From the NCBI GenBank assembly GCA_951406725.2, contig OX597824.1, positions 88,350,001 to 88,414,000 of the forward strand: 64,000 nucleotides of DNA. The letters are read 5' to 3'. Below, one piece after another: positions 1-13,600 of the stretch. The notes below the pieces were generated by a model that had not been told where the DNA came from, searched no databases, and worked only from the letters and a program-made list of their open reading frames with translations. Source of the DNA: Octopus vulgaris. Taxonomy: Eukaryota. The first letter of the stretch is position 1. Every line of letters begins with the position of its first letter. A program made the translations under genes and the position numbers.

Positions 1-10
1 CTGGGTATAT

Positions 11-389
11 TCTTTTATTTGTTTCAGTCATTTGACTGTGGCCATGCTGGAGCACCGCCTTTAATTGAGCAACTCGACCCCAGGACTTATTCTCTTTGTA
101 AGCCCAGTACTTATTCTATCGGCCTCTTTTGCTGAACTGCTAAGTAACGGGGACATAAACACACGAGCATCGGTTGTCAAGCAATGCTAGGGGACAAACA
201 CACACACGCATATATATATACATATATACAACAGGCTTCTTTTCAGTTTCCGTCTACCAAATCCACTCACAAGGCTTTGGTCGGCCCGAGGCTACAGTAG
301 AAGACACTTGCCCAAGGTGCCATGCAGTGGGACTGAACCCGGAATCATGTGGTTGGTAAACAAACTACTTACCACACAGCCACTCCTGC
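11..389 (-). mobile_element. tRNA-derived SINE family A (CORE-like domain, internal TA/CA microsatellite)
   Basis: Head (GGC)GCAGGAGTGGCTGTGTGG..GGTTCAGTCCC, then ACCTTGGGCAAGT, tail CAGCATGGCC.CAGTCAAATGACTGAAACAA. Other copies: ~3370-3771(-), 5919-6319(-), 12348-12615(+), 17120-17475(+), 20217-20623(-), 32820-33135(+), 35327-35500(+), 39894-40305(+), 56790-57000(+). Confidence 0.9.
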
Positions 390-766
390 TTTAAGAAATT
401 ATCATTTCTTATATTTAATTGTTTATGTTTTGATTTTATTTACTCTATGTACCCAGACTTTGTGGACACCCTGTAGTGTTTCATACTCCTAAAACAACAG
501 GGTGGTCATGATTGATCACAGGTCTACTGATTCACGGTTTCAAATTTTGGCATAAGGCCAGCAATTTGAGGGCAAAGGGTTAGTTGTCACATCAGCTCCA
601 GTCTCAACTGGTTCTTATTTTATCAACCCTGAAAAGATGAAAGTCAAAGTTGAACTCAGAACCTGACGAGTTAGGAGAAATGCTGCTAAGTATTTGATCC
701 AATGCACTAATGATTTTGTCAACCCACCACTGCTGGATCAAGATTGACATGAAGTTAAGCAACAAA

Positions 767-1191
767 TCTATATATATAAAGCTGAAGTTGTCTGTGTGTA
801 GCAGGTTTGGTAGCCTTCAACTAACACTATCTCCTCCAAGACCCTGCGGCGCAAGTTGACCAAAATTGAGAGTATGATAGAAGAAAAAATTCAAATTGCT
901 GTGTCATTGAAATTGAGAGTATGGTAGAAGGCTTGCTCTTCCTTCTGTAGAAGATAAAATTCAAATCGGACCATGTTAACACCAAAAATTATTTACATCA
1001 AAAAGGTGCTTTCTTTCTATGAAAATCCCTATTTTTTACGATTTTTTTACTGCTGTGTCGCCATTTTTCGGTGTATTTAAACCAGAAAATTGTTCACTTA
1101 AAGAGCTACATGATGCAAAATTTTTACTTTTCAAAAATTCCAATTCTAAAGGGTCGAAGCAAACCCGAGCAACGCTGGGCAATACTACTGG
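767..1191 (+). mobile_element. Non-autonomous Helitron
   Basis: A|TCTATATATATAAA start, subterminal hairpin CCCGAGCAACGCTGGG, CTGG|T end; near-identical copy at 19628-20020. Confidence 0.8.
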
Positions 1192-2419
1192 TAGTGGCTA
1201 AAACTGTTAGCCAATTTGATCTCAAGGTCTCAGAGGGAATGCAAAAGTCATGAGCACAACCCTTTCCTCCATACCAAAGCTAATGTAAAACAAAAAAGAC
1301 TTTTGTAAAATATAAATAGCAAAATTAAGTCGAAATCTAATCTGTTTACATAATCTCTTTCTAGGGCAAAGTAATTTAGTTGGTATAATATCACCATCAT
1401 TTTATGTCAGGTTTTTCCAAGCGGGCAAAGGTTGGATGGGTTTACAAATTGTCATTTCTTAGTGCATGTGGAATGACGTACACTACAGTGCAATCCTTTG
1501 TCATCTGACACACATAGAAAAGCCATCCATCTACAGAATTTATGATATTTTTGATGATGCTGTATTAACTGTACTTAATACATGAGATATTAAACAACAA
1601 TAGCCAATGCTTTATTTTATTATCTGTTTTGAGAACTAGTATATCTTTCTCGGCCTCCGTGTCGGTGGCACGTAAAAAGCACCCACTACACTCAGAGTGG
1701 TTGGCGTTAGGAAGGGCATCCAGCTGTAGAAACACTGCCAGATCAGACTGGAGCCTGGTGCAGCCTCCTGGCTTCCCAGACCCTGGTCGAACCGTCCAAC
1801 CCATGCTAGCATAGAAAGTGGATGTTAAATGATGATGATGATATATATATATATATACACATACACACACACATTACGTGGCACTCCGTTGGTTAAGATG
1901 AGGAGGGTTCCAGTTGATCCAATCAACGGAACAGCCTGCTTGTGAAATTAACGTGTAAGTGGCTGAGCACTCCACAGACACGTGTACCCTTAACGTAGTT
2001 CTCGGGAAGATTCAGCGTGACACAGAGTGTGATAAGGCTGGCCCTTTGAAATACAGGTACAACAGAAACAGAAAGAAAGAGTGAGAGGAAGTTGTGGTGA
2101 AAGAGTACAGCAGGGTTCACCCCCCACCCTTGCTGAAACCTTGATAAACACTCACAACACCCAACACCTGGTCCGGGGAAAAATGTATATAGTTTCATTT
2201 TATTTTGGTTGAGACCCTCTCATGCTACTCTGAGTTTACCTGTGCTCCTGCACATGAAACTCAGAGTAGCAAAAGACTGACTCAACCAAAGTACAATATT
2301 AATCTTTCTTATTAACTTTCTTCTGCACTAAATATCACACACACAGACACAGCGTTTGCTCAGTAGAACTTTAAAACAGTACATTGATAAAATGCAAACA
2401 GGTGATAGATTAGGATTAT

Positions 2420-3000
2420 AATCATTCATCAGCATTTAACGTCCGTTTTCTGTACTAGCACAAGTTGGATGGTTCGACCGGGGTCTGAGAAGCCAGGAGG
2501 CTGCACCAGGCTCCAGTCTGATCTGGCAGTGTTTCTACAGCTGGATGCCCTTCCTAACGCCAACCACTCCATGAGTGTAGTGGGTGCTTTTTACATGCCA
2601 CCGGCACGGAAGCCAGTCAAAGCAGCGCTGGCATCAGCCACATACGGATGGTGCTTTTTACGTGCCAGGGGAGGCTGGCAGTGGCCACAATCAGTTGGTG
2701 GTTTTTGCGTGCCACCAACACGGAAGCCAGTCAAGGAGGCGCTGGCATTGGCCACGTACGGATGGTGCTTTTTACGTGCCACCTGCACAGGTGCCAGGGG
2801 AGGCTGGCAGTGGCCACGATCTGTTGATACTTTTTACATGTCACTGGCACAGAAGCCAGTCAAGGCGGTGCTGGCATCGGCCACGTTCGGATGGTGCTTT
2901 TTACGTGCCACTGGCACAGGTATCACAACTACAATTTCCATTTGATATTTATTTTGATGTTGATGTACTTGACTCAATAGGTCTCCTCAAGCACAGCAGG
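2420..3000 (-). mobile_element. (GAT)n-tailed retroposon family C with internal GGTGCTTTTTACGTGCCACCGGCAC sub-repeats
   Basis: Shared core GTTGGCGTTAGGAAGGGCATCCAGCTGTAGAAAC and tail GGACGTTAAA(CGAT/GAT)n; variable 5' truncation. Other copies: ~1650-1840(+), 9781-10110, 11080-11260, 11590-11840, 13732-13960, 16198-16660, 27990-28270(+), 31658-32130, 43851-44250, 49690-50190(+), 52330-52710, 57890-58287, 60714-61047. Confidence 0.85.
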
Positions 3001-3573
3001 TCACGTGCCATGATCAATAAAATAGCTACTAGTCATGTACTGAAGTTGATTCATTCAACTATTTTCTATTTTTCTTCATAAATAAGTAGGGCCTCATATC
3101 AGTGAGGGGGCTGGTGCACATTGATGCCGTCGAGAGGTAGGCCCTGAAACAGTGCGTATTCTCTCCTGATGACCCCATACACTTGCTGGCTTCCGGTATA
3201 TGGAGTTTTTGACTGATAGCACTTGCATGTGAAAGTTCTTTGCAAGACATAGCAATGTTCCAATGTATGAAATCCTTCTTACTATCAACAATTACTTGTG
3301 AAGACCAACGAGTCTGTAGAGAGTAGAGTTGGTTCTAATGGAATTTGTACTTGACTTTCTCTTTTTTTCTCTCTTTTACTTGTTTCAGTCATTTGACTGT
3401 GGCCATACTGGAGCACCGCATTTAGTCGAGCAAATCGACCCCGGGACTTATTCTTTGTAAGCCCAGTACTTATTCTATCGGTCTCTTTTTGCCGAACCGC
3501 TAAGTGACGGGGACGTAAACACACCAGCATCGGTTGTCAAGCAATGCTAGGGGGACAAACACAGACACACAAA

Positions 3574-3607
<34 letters not shown>

Positions 3608-5714
3608 TACGACAGGCTTCTTTCAGTTTCCGTCTACCAAATCCACTCACAAAGCATTGGTCGGCCCGTGGCTATAGCAGAAGACACTTGCCCAAGATGC
3701 CATGCAGTGGGACTGAACCCGGAACCATGTGGTTGGTAATCAAGCTACTTACCACGCAGCCAATCCTGCGACTTGTTAACATTTTTTTTTTTATCCTGGA
3801 AGGATAAAAGGTAGTATTTGAACTCAAAACATAGATTCAACATAACTAAAAGTGCACTCCGTTATTTCTGTCACTCTGCCACAATAATGACAAACAATAA
3901 AGAGATTTCTTTATTTATAAGGTTTATAATAATTTAGATGATAGATTGAAGAGAACAACTTGGAAGCAGTTAAAAATCAGAACAGCATAATTGCATAAGA
4001 TCATCGTCAGATTTTCAATGTTCCCTGCTGTTGACAGTCTATGTTAATTTGAAATATATGACCTATTACATACAATAAAACTGTACAACTAAGAAAGTAC
4101 TGGGAAAAAAAAATCATTATATTTCTTTAAATGAAAATGCTGTGGTCTTCAAAAAGATCTTTAACCCTTTAGCATTCAGATTATTGTCAAATGTAAAGCT
4201 TATGTATTCACACCATGTAAAATTAATCTTGCATCATTTCATGGTTTTGAGATTTCAATGATGTGATTGTTTATTTTTTAAATGACACAATAAGGTAGCT
4301 ATGAATGACCATATCTGACTAGTTTGAACATAAAATAGGTAGAATATTTTGGCCAGATAGGGCTGGTTTAAACACTAAAGGGTTAAATGTAAAGGAGATT
4401 TTCAATATTTTTATTTGCAGTGTGTGTGGGTGAGGTTTATAACAAAACTAATGCTGGTGTGAGTGTAACTCTTGTTAAGAGACATGGATTATTCAAATCG
4501 CTCACGTTGGTAGGGTAACTTACTTTACAGCAAATATTCTTTCTCTTCTTTTTTTTTATATATTGAAAGCAAAAGTAAAGTTCCTGATGAAGGAAGGGTA
4601 CAGGCTGTCCAATATCCACAGGATGTTACAGGTAGTTTACAAAGATGATACCACTGACGTGAGCAATGTGCATAGAAGGAGAAACTAGTATTTAAGTTCA
4701 AAGAAGGAGAAACTGGTATTTAAGAAAAACCACACAGTGAGAGACAATAATTTCTGACCACTGAAATGAATCGCTGACAAGTAGATATATTGATTTGCAT
4801 GGACAGAGGAGTCACAAACTGTGAACTTGCTGCATAACTGGACTGTGACTGCACTACAATACAGAAGATGGAAGGCTTTGGGTATCACAAAGTGTGAACA
4901 AAGTTAAGGCGGCGAGCTGGCAGAAACGTTAGCACACCAGGCAAAATGCGTAGCTGTCTGCCGTTACATTCTAAGTTCAAATTCCGCCGAGGTCGACTTT
5001 GCCTTTCATCCTTTTGGGGTCGATAAATTAAGTACCAGTTATGCACTGGGGTCGATACAATCGACTTAATCCCTTTGTCTGTCCCCTCTATGTTTAGCCC
5101 CTTGTGGGCAATAAAGAAATAGGTATTTCATTTGTCATTATGTTCTGAGTTCAAATTCCACCGAGGTAGGCGTTGCCTTTCATCCTTTTGGGGTCGAGTA
5201 AATAAATACCAGTTATGCACTGAGGTTGATATAATCAACTTAATCTGTTTGTCTGTCCTTGTTTGTCCCCTCTGTGTGTAGTCCCCTGTGGGCAGTAAAG
5301 AAATAAGAAAGTGTGAATAAAGTGGGTACTTTAGCAGGTGATACCCAGTTTGAAGGAGGGAAGGGTAGAAACCTGCTTTGATTTGCAGGGATATTTGATG
5401 CCAATGTTGATGTGATGTTTTTATCCCGATTTGGTAATCAGGGGATGAAACATCGGTGTGTCTTTATGACTTGGAAACAAATGCTTAGTCCATGGAATGG
5501 TGTCATACCTTTTCTCCAAAGCCTAGAAGGTTCAAGAACCAGCAAACAACACAGAAAACCAGGATGACTGTTTTTTTAGGATGGTAAGGGCATCATTTTC
5601 CTTAATTTTCTGGAACATGATTGTATAGTGAACGGTTGAGTGGTACACAGAGAATCTCAAATATTTTAGAGAAGCCATTAAGAGGAAGAGACCGAGTAAG
5701 AATTTGAAAACCAT

Positions 5715-6110
5715 TTACATTGACCAGGACAATGTATAACCACAGGCAACTGGCAAACTGGGCTGGTCAGTGGTTCTCCATCTTCCACACAGCTTAGATC
5801 TGATACCCTCTGACTTCCACCTCTTTGGGCCAATGTATGATGTCTTAGGGGATAAAATTTTAATTACATAGGAGAGGTGAAAGTGGCTGTGAAGATGTAA
5901 AAGCAACAGGACACACTTACTCTTTTACTTGTTTCAGTCATTTGACTGTGGCCATGCTGGAGCACTGCATTTAGTCGAGCAAGTTGACCCCCGGGACTTA
6001 TTCTTTGTAAGCCCAGTACTTATTCTATCGGTCTCTTTTGCCGAACCGCTAAGTGACGGGGACATAAACACACCAGCATCGGTTGTCAAGCAATGCTAGG
6101 GGGACAAACA

Positions 6111-6158
<48 letters not shown>

Positions 6159-6515
6159 TACGATGGGCTTCTTCCAGTTTATGTCTACCAAATCCACTCA
6201 CAAGGCTTTGGTCGGCCCGAGGCTATAGTAGAAGACACTTGCCCAAGGTGCCACGCAGTGGGACTGAACACGGAACCATGTGGTTGGTAAGCAAGCTACT
6301 TACCACACAGCCACTCCTGAATTCTTTTTCAAAGGGGTTTCATGAGATGAGATCAACAATGGTACAAATGCAACACTTGTGATGGAGACTTACATTGAGT
6401 TGTAGCTTTCTGTAAAGAAAGAGTTACTCGGCCAACATGTGCAATTTGAATGAGTTACATCAATTAAGAAAAAATTTTGACTGTTTTCACATTACTTTTA
6501 GACATCTCTCAAATA
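5715..6515 (+). mobile_element. Degenerate mariner transposase remnant interrupted by SINE A
   Basis: VLHLPHSLDLIPSDFHLFGPM matches the mariner HPPYSPDLAPSDFHLF motif; after the SINE it resumes with FFKG...WYKC...GD, resembling the mariner C-terminus. Confidence 0.65.
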
Positions 6516-6620
6516 TGCATATGTATACAAACATAATATATATAAATATATATAACCTTTTCCTCCTCTCCTCATATAGTGGATTGTACAAAACATGATA
6601 TGGAACTATATGAGGTTGGC

Positions 6621-6850
6621 TTAACCCTTTCATTACCAACCCGGCTGAAATCGGCTCTGGCTCTGTAGTACAAATGTCTTGTTTTCATAAGTTTTTAATT
6701 AAAATCTTCCACCAAACCTTAGTCACAATTTATGTTCCTAACACTAGCTTAATGATAACTAAGTTATTTTACTAAATTCTTTGTTATATTTAAAATTAAT
6801 TGAAAAAAACACAGAGCATCTCAAAATAAATACAGTAACGAAAGGGTTAA
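6621..6850. mobile_element. TTAA-flanked piggyBac-type MITE family 1 (~230 bp)
   Basis: TTAA-CCCTTT...AAAGGG-TTAA termini; copies at 55909-56137, 56352-56581, 62227-62453. Confidence 0.8.
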
Positions 6851-9629
6851 AGTCTCTCTTAACTACCTCCACACATAAAAAAAAAATGCTTATCATAAAA
6901 GCACTATTCTGTTGGGAACTTCAATGCAAGTTATTGGAAATTTAGTTAAAATATTTTAAAACTAAAATGAGTTTTTCTCACATTGACTAGCAACTCTGAA
7001 GTTCACTAAAATAAATCAACTAAAAAAAAAAAATGTTCATAAAACTAGCAGAAGAATAATCTTGGAGTAGATGAAAGAAATATTTCGTAAATACATTTTG
7101 GAAGAGAACAATGTGTAGAAAATATTGTTTTGAAGGTCATACCAGCAATAGTAATGGTATTTTGATTTTAAAAATATATTTGAAGAAATACAAAAATAAG
7201 GAAGCAAATAAAAGATTTGGAGTGCAATTATTTTGGAATATTGGTTCAGCAAATAAAAGAAACAACAACAACTTGAAATGAACAAAATAAGTAAAATTCA
7301 ACAAACAGTTATTTTAAAATTATACTTTTTCGTAAAATATCAGTACTCAATTTTGAGCTTTGGAACAAACAAATATTAAAAATGGATCATGAAAACAAAA
7401 AAAAAAAATTCATAAATATATTCGCAATTACACCAAAAAATGAAAAGAAAAGAAGAAATAACTTTCATATTTTATTTACTTTTTTCTCTTTGTTGGAAGA
7501 TTTTTAGAGATAAAATTCTGAACAGAAAAAGAAAATTAACTTTTATTTGTAGGTATCCAACAATATTACATCATACCACTGGAAAATGAAAAATGGTTAT
7601 TAGATTTGAGGAAATCTGGTACAACATCCAGAAACATCACAGAATTTACCAAGACAACATCGTTTAACATTTTATAAATCTGCAGACAAATAGAGATAAT
7701 GGACTGACATAAGCTGTCAGGAAAAGAATCGGTAACAGCTATTTCTTTCAAAGGGATAGCTTCCTAAATTAGGAGATATGGATGAAATAAAAGGATTCAG
7801 TGAAACTACACAAAACAATATCACACGAAACTCGGAAGTACTTGGTTTACGACATATTTTCAGGTTAATAAAAAAATATAAATTATAGGATACAGCAGGT
7901 TTTCGTTTGAGCAGCAGACAGTTGATAATGGCTATAGCGAGATTTTTTTTTTTAACCAATTCAAAGTCCATACACAACACTTACAGGGGATGGAAATAAA
8001 ATAACAGGGAGAAGAAGAATAAAATAACAATAATGGAATAAAAGGAAGATATGATAGAAATAAAAGAAGGAAATGCATGTGACAGTGGTAGACTAAATAT
8101 GTGTTTGAATAGAAGGATATAAATTAACAGAGACTATGAAAAATTAACGAGTCTATAGGAACTAAAACAAAGAAATCAGAACTACAAAATCAGCAAAGAA
8201 TATCGTAAAGATGTAAAATCATAAGTTATTGTAATTTCATTGAAATAATAACAGAGCTAGACAAAAGTAGGTATACAGTTGCTTGTGGCTCAAGCATTCA
8301 CTTGACCCTTTAGTATTTAAACCGGCCATATCCGGCCAAAATAGTTAATCTGTTTTATGTTCAAACTGACCAGATCCAGGCTCTCACACCTACCCTACAA
8401 TGTTATTCTACATTAAGTAATTACGCCATCAAGATATCTTGAAGATATGAGACAATGCATGATTAATTCAAATCAATGGGAATCAATAGGCATTATGTTT
8501 GATAGAATAATCTGAACACTAAAGGGTTAAAGTCCCCGGAAATCAAAAAAGTGGGCTTCCAATGAACTAGACATTTCCCACAGATCCCTTAGTTGACTTA
8601 TGGATTGCTGAGGCAAAACAGAAATAGGAAAGGAAGAGAACATTCCACTCATATTTTAAGAAACTGTATACTTACTTTTGCCCACCCCTGTATAATCAAC
8701 TTCTTACAAACCACATTTTATTGATAATTTTAATCTTCCCTTCATACATTAATTACGTATTTCGTTAAAAATGAAATCTGCAATTTCAAAAACTCTTAAC
8801 AGAAGCTAAACAATATAATAATAGTGATAATTATTTAATACTTCCCATGGATTAATTTAAATATTGATTTAGTTTTAGATAAAATTTTGAAAAAATAAGA
8901 ACAATTTGTCAAAATACTCATGATGAAACTTCACAGCCAATACAGAGAGAATGCTTCTGTACTTCACACACAGGATGCTGTTTCTGGAGGAAGTAACACT
9001 AGAAGATGCCGTTATAACCTCTGATGGATATAACAGTTGCAAATGTTGTTGAGCAATGGGGGTATGCAGTAGAGGGTTATTTAGTGTATACACTGATTGC
9101 TCAGGAATTGATCTGGTATTATTTCTTTTATCATTATTTAGTGTTACATAAAATTAGATTGGGACTAAGTGTGTATGATTTCTTGTAATGTTTAACAAAG
9201 AATAAATAGTTATATTTGAGAGGAAGAATAGAGAAGAGAGACAGGAAGAGAGGGAAATAATTTCAGCTTGCTATTCACTTTTTTTTACACCACATTTTGA
9301 AGGTTGAGTATAAATGTATGCAGACAATGGGCATGAGAAGTTTGTTTTGAATGTTAGTGAAGTTCCAAATTTGTGTCAAAAGAAATCTAGATAGAATGAT
9401 GAACAGTGGAATATGAAAAAAACCAGAATGAAGATATGAAATGTGTAATTAACAATTATGGATGAGCCATTTCACTGATTCTGGAATTCAGTTAGTAAAT
9501 AAGGACGTTTACAATTTATGTCTTGCAATCAAAGTGTTTGAAAAAAAAAAAATTAAAATTAAAACATCATTTTTGAATCACAATATAAACACTTAACGTT
9601 TTTTTCAAATTCTTTACACAAGTCTGGCA

Positions 9630-9673
<44 letters not shown>

Positions 9674-10470
9674 CTAGAAACTCAAAATACAAATTAGCAA
9701 TGCCTTAATGATTTTAAAGGCTAAAAGCCATCCCAGATCTTTCTCTTTGGAATTAAAGCTCTATTTTAAATTTGAAGACTATCATCATCATCATCATCAT
9801 TTAAAGTCCGCTTTCCATGCTAGCATGGGTTGGACGATTTTGACTGAGGGCTGGCGAACCAGGCTCCAATCGTGATCTGGCAGAGTTTCTACAGCTGGAT
9901 GCCCTTCCTAACGCCAACCACTCCGAGAGTGTAATGGGTGCTTTTTACGTGCCACCGGCACGGGGGGGGGGGGGGGGGCAGTCAGGTGGTACTGGCAATG
10001 ACTTCACTTGAATCTTTTTACACGTGCCACCGGCACAGGTGCCAGTGAAGCGACGTTGGTAACGATCACACTCGAATGGTGCCTTTTACATGCCACCGGC
10101 ACGAAGGCCAGTATCTGTGGCACATAAAAGGGCACCATTCGAGCGTGATCGTTACCAACATCCCATGTCATTAACCAGAAAAATGCAAAGATTCACTCAT
10201 AAATTAAAAATAATTATTATATCATAAACACACTTACTACTCATTATCTGACATTAAACCTTGATTACTTCTTACATACAAATTAAACTTTGTTTCTCTC
10301 TCTCTCTCTCATGCACCCAAACTCTCCACCACACACACACACACAAATTAAGCAAATATATACACATACACTCGGTGCCAAGTAGTTGAAACAATGATCT
10401 GCAGCCATGCCGTGATACGCATGGCTGATTATGGAATCACAGATGTACCTTGATTAGCAATCTATCCAGG

Positions 10471-10666
10471 TTATCCTTGCATCATCTTTTCATTTGACAG
10501 TTGAGCAATGAAGCCCTGAGACTGCATAGTTTTAAGGATTCTCAAAGCTTTTTTGGCAGCAGCACTCTTTGCAATGCGATAATTCCGTCCGACACCATTA
10601 TAAACACCTTTACCAGCAACTTTGACTGTAACTCGGATTTTACCATTTACCGTCCTCTCTGGTTTT
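10471..10666 (-). CDS. DICER1: Dicer last coding exon (dsRBD, stop)
   Basis: [44 protein letters not shown]...QG*. Confidence 0.95.
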
Positions 10667-13600
10667 CTGAAGGAAAATAAAAATAAGAAATAAGTGGAAA
10701 TTATACCGGTGAGTGTGTTACATTATAAGGCACAAAAAGAAAATGACTCTCCCCAGACACAACAGAATATTTCCCATTATTAGGAGTCTTGAAATAATGA
10801 TTGTAGATTAAACACCAATGTATCTTTTATCTTACTTGTTTCAGTCAATTGTCTGCGGCCATGCTGGGGCACTGCCTTGAAGAATTGTAGTCAAACGAAT
10901 CAACCCAAGTACTTACTTTTTTTAAGCTTGGTACTTACTCTATCAGTCTCTTTTGCTGAACCACTAAGAAATGGGGACGTAAACAAACCAACACTGGTGG
11001 TCAAGCAGTGATGGAGGACAAACACAGACACAAAGACAACCACCACCACCACCACCACCACCACAACAACAACAACATCGTCGTCGTCATCATTTAATGT
11101 CTGTTTTCCATGCTAGCATGGGTTGGACGGTTTGACCGGGGTTTGGGAAGCCAGGAGGCTGCACCAAGCTCCAGTCTGATCTGGCAGTGTTTCTACAGCT
11201 GGATGCCTTTCCTAATGCCAACTACTCCGTGAGTGTAGTGGGTGCTTATATATGTGCATGTGCCCAAAATACCACACTTGACAACTGGTGTTGGTGTGTT
11301 TACATCCCTGTAACTTAGAGGCTCAGTAAAAGAGACTGATAGACTAAATACCAGGCTATAAGCAACAAAAAAAAAGAGTACTGGGCTCGATTCATTTGAC
11401 TCAATTTCTTGAAGATGGTGCCCCAGCATGGCCACAGTCTAATGACTGAAATAAGTAAACGATAAAAGATTACTACAATCAACATACAAACAACAGGTGA
11501 GTGCATTTATAGATGTTAATACAACACTTCCAAAATATGGCAGTACCACTGGTAATAATAAAAATAATAATAATAATAAAAATAATAATTGTCGTTTAAC
11601 GTCTGCTTTCCATGCTAGCATGGGTTGGACGATTTTGACTGAGGGCTGGCGAACCCGATGGCTGCACCAGGCTCCAATCTGATCTGGCAGAGTTTCTACA
11701 GCTGGATGCCCTTCCTAATGCAAACCACTCCGAGAGTGTAGTGGGTGCTTTTATGTGCCACTGGCATGAGGGCCAGTCAGGCAGTATTGGCAACGGGCAC
11801 GCTCAAAGGGTGCTTTTTATGTGCCACCTGCACAGAAGCCAGTACATTTCTTGATTGACATGTTAGGGTTGGTGTAAGGAAATAGATTATTCTTATTAAA
11901 GAATTTGAACTCAGAACGTTTCTGCCAGCTCACTGCCTTTATACAGTAATATATTAGTAACAAAATTAAAATCTTAGGTTTTCGGTGCTCCTTGCATTTA
12001 ATATGTTAATTCTACCATAATTTTAATAACAAAATATTCTGACCAAGTGAAGTTTTGTGATTCAGAAATCCAATATTATCCATAGTAATACTCACTCAAA
12101 TTTAGCAGTTTCTGGTTCCAGTTCCAATAATTCTCGTACAGGTGACTTTGGAATACTTTTCAAATATTTCTCTGAAAGAAATGAAAGAAAATTTTCCAAG
12201 TATTTATTGATAGAAAAATGGAAGAATATTTTTCCTAAAAGCCAAATCCCATTAAGACCAATCTTTGCAAAAGTTTTCTAATGTACTATGTACTGAAAGG
12301 AAAAATATGTAAAACTGTAATAAAAAAAAAAGACACAAACAAACAAATAGGAGTGGCTGTGTGGTAAGTAGCTTGTTTACCAACCACATGGTTCCGGGTT
12401 CAGTCCCACTGTATGGCACCTTGGGCAAATGTCTTCTACTATAGCCTCGGGCTGACCAAAGCCTTGTGAGTAGATTTGGTAGACGGAAACTGAAAGAAGC
12501 CCGTCGTATATATGTATATATATATATATATATGTATAGATATATATATATGTGTGTGTGTGTGTGTATGTTTGTCCCCCTAACATCGCTTGACAACCAA
12601 TGCTGGTGCGTTTGAATCCGGAATGTTGTATCTGACTTATTTTTTCCTACTACACATCACAGACAGTTATTCTTAAGCACTCATTACAACTTCATAATAT
12701 TTAAAACAAGCAAACCACAGGCAAAGAGACAAAACATGGTCAAATGGTTAAGAAATTCGCAATCATTGTCTTCTTTGCGGTGACACATCTGAGCAGATGC
12801 TTTCGATCCTGATTCATAGTCAATTTTGTTAGTGAAATTCGGTAGATGGAAACTGTCATTGTTTTAACGTCCACTTTTCCATGGGTCAGACAAAACTTAT
12901 TGGGGAAGATTTTCTATAGTCAAATGCTCTTCCTGTTGCCAACCCTCACCTGATTACAAGTAAGGGAATATTTCCCCATGGCCAGACATGATTTTACAGA
13001 AATTAGAAGTGAATGACATTCATTTACAGCTAATATGCAATGTCAAGACAATGAGATACAAACACACACACACACATGCAAACAATCATACATGCATATT
13101 TTTTTTTTGCCCTTTTAAAGCCTAGCCAGGCTCATGGGCCCAGTTCTCTGGTTTCTATGGCGTATGTGTTCCCCAGCTGGATGGGACACCACTCCATCGC
13201 AGTGTTACTCATTTTTGCCAGCTGAGTGGACTGGAGCAACGTGAAATGAAGTGTTTTGCTCAAGAACACAACGTGTCGCCCGGTCCAGGAATCGAAACCA
13301 CAATCTTACGATCATGATGCTGACACCCTTACCACTAAGCCACGTGCCTCCACTGCAAGCATACATACATAACATTTATATTTCTATCCCAATTCAAAAT
13401 ATTTAATAAAATCTTCTTACCAATTTGTGGCTTCATTATACGATAGTAAACTTTCCAGACCACATCTAAAGACCTGTTGCTGTCAAGATAGATAGCACCA
13501 GCAACAGACTCGAATATATCACCAAGGGCTTTGGGAATTTCCATTTCAACAACTTCTTCATCAGGACTTTCTTCTCCTTCATCTTGGAACTAAGAAATTA

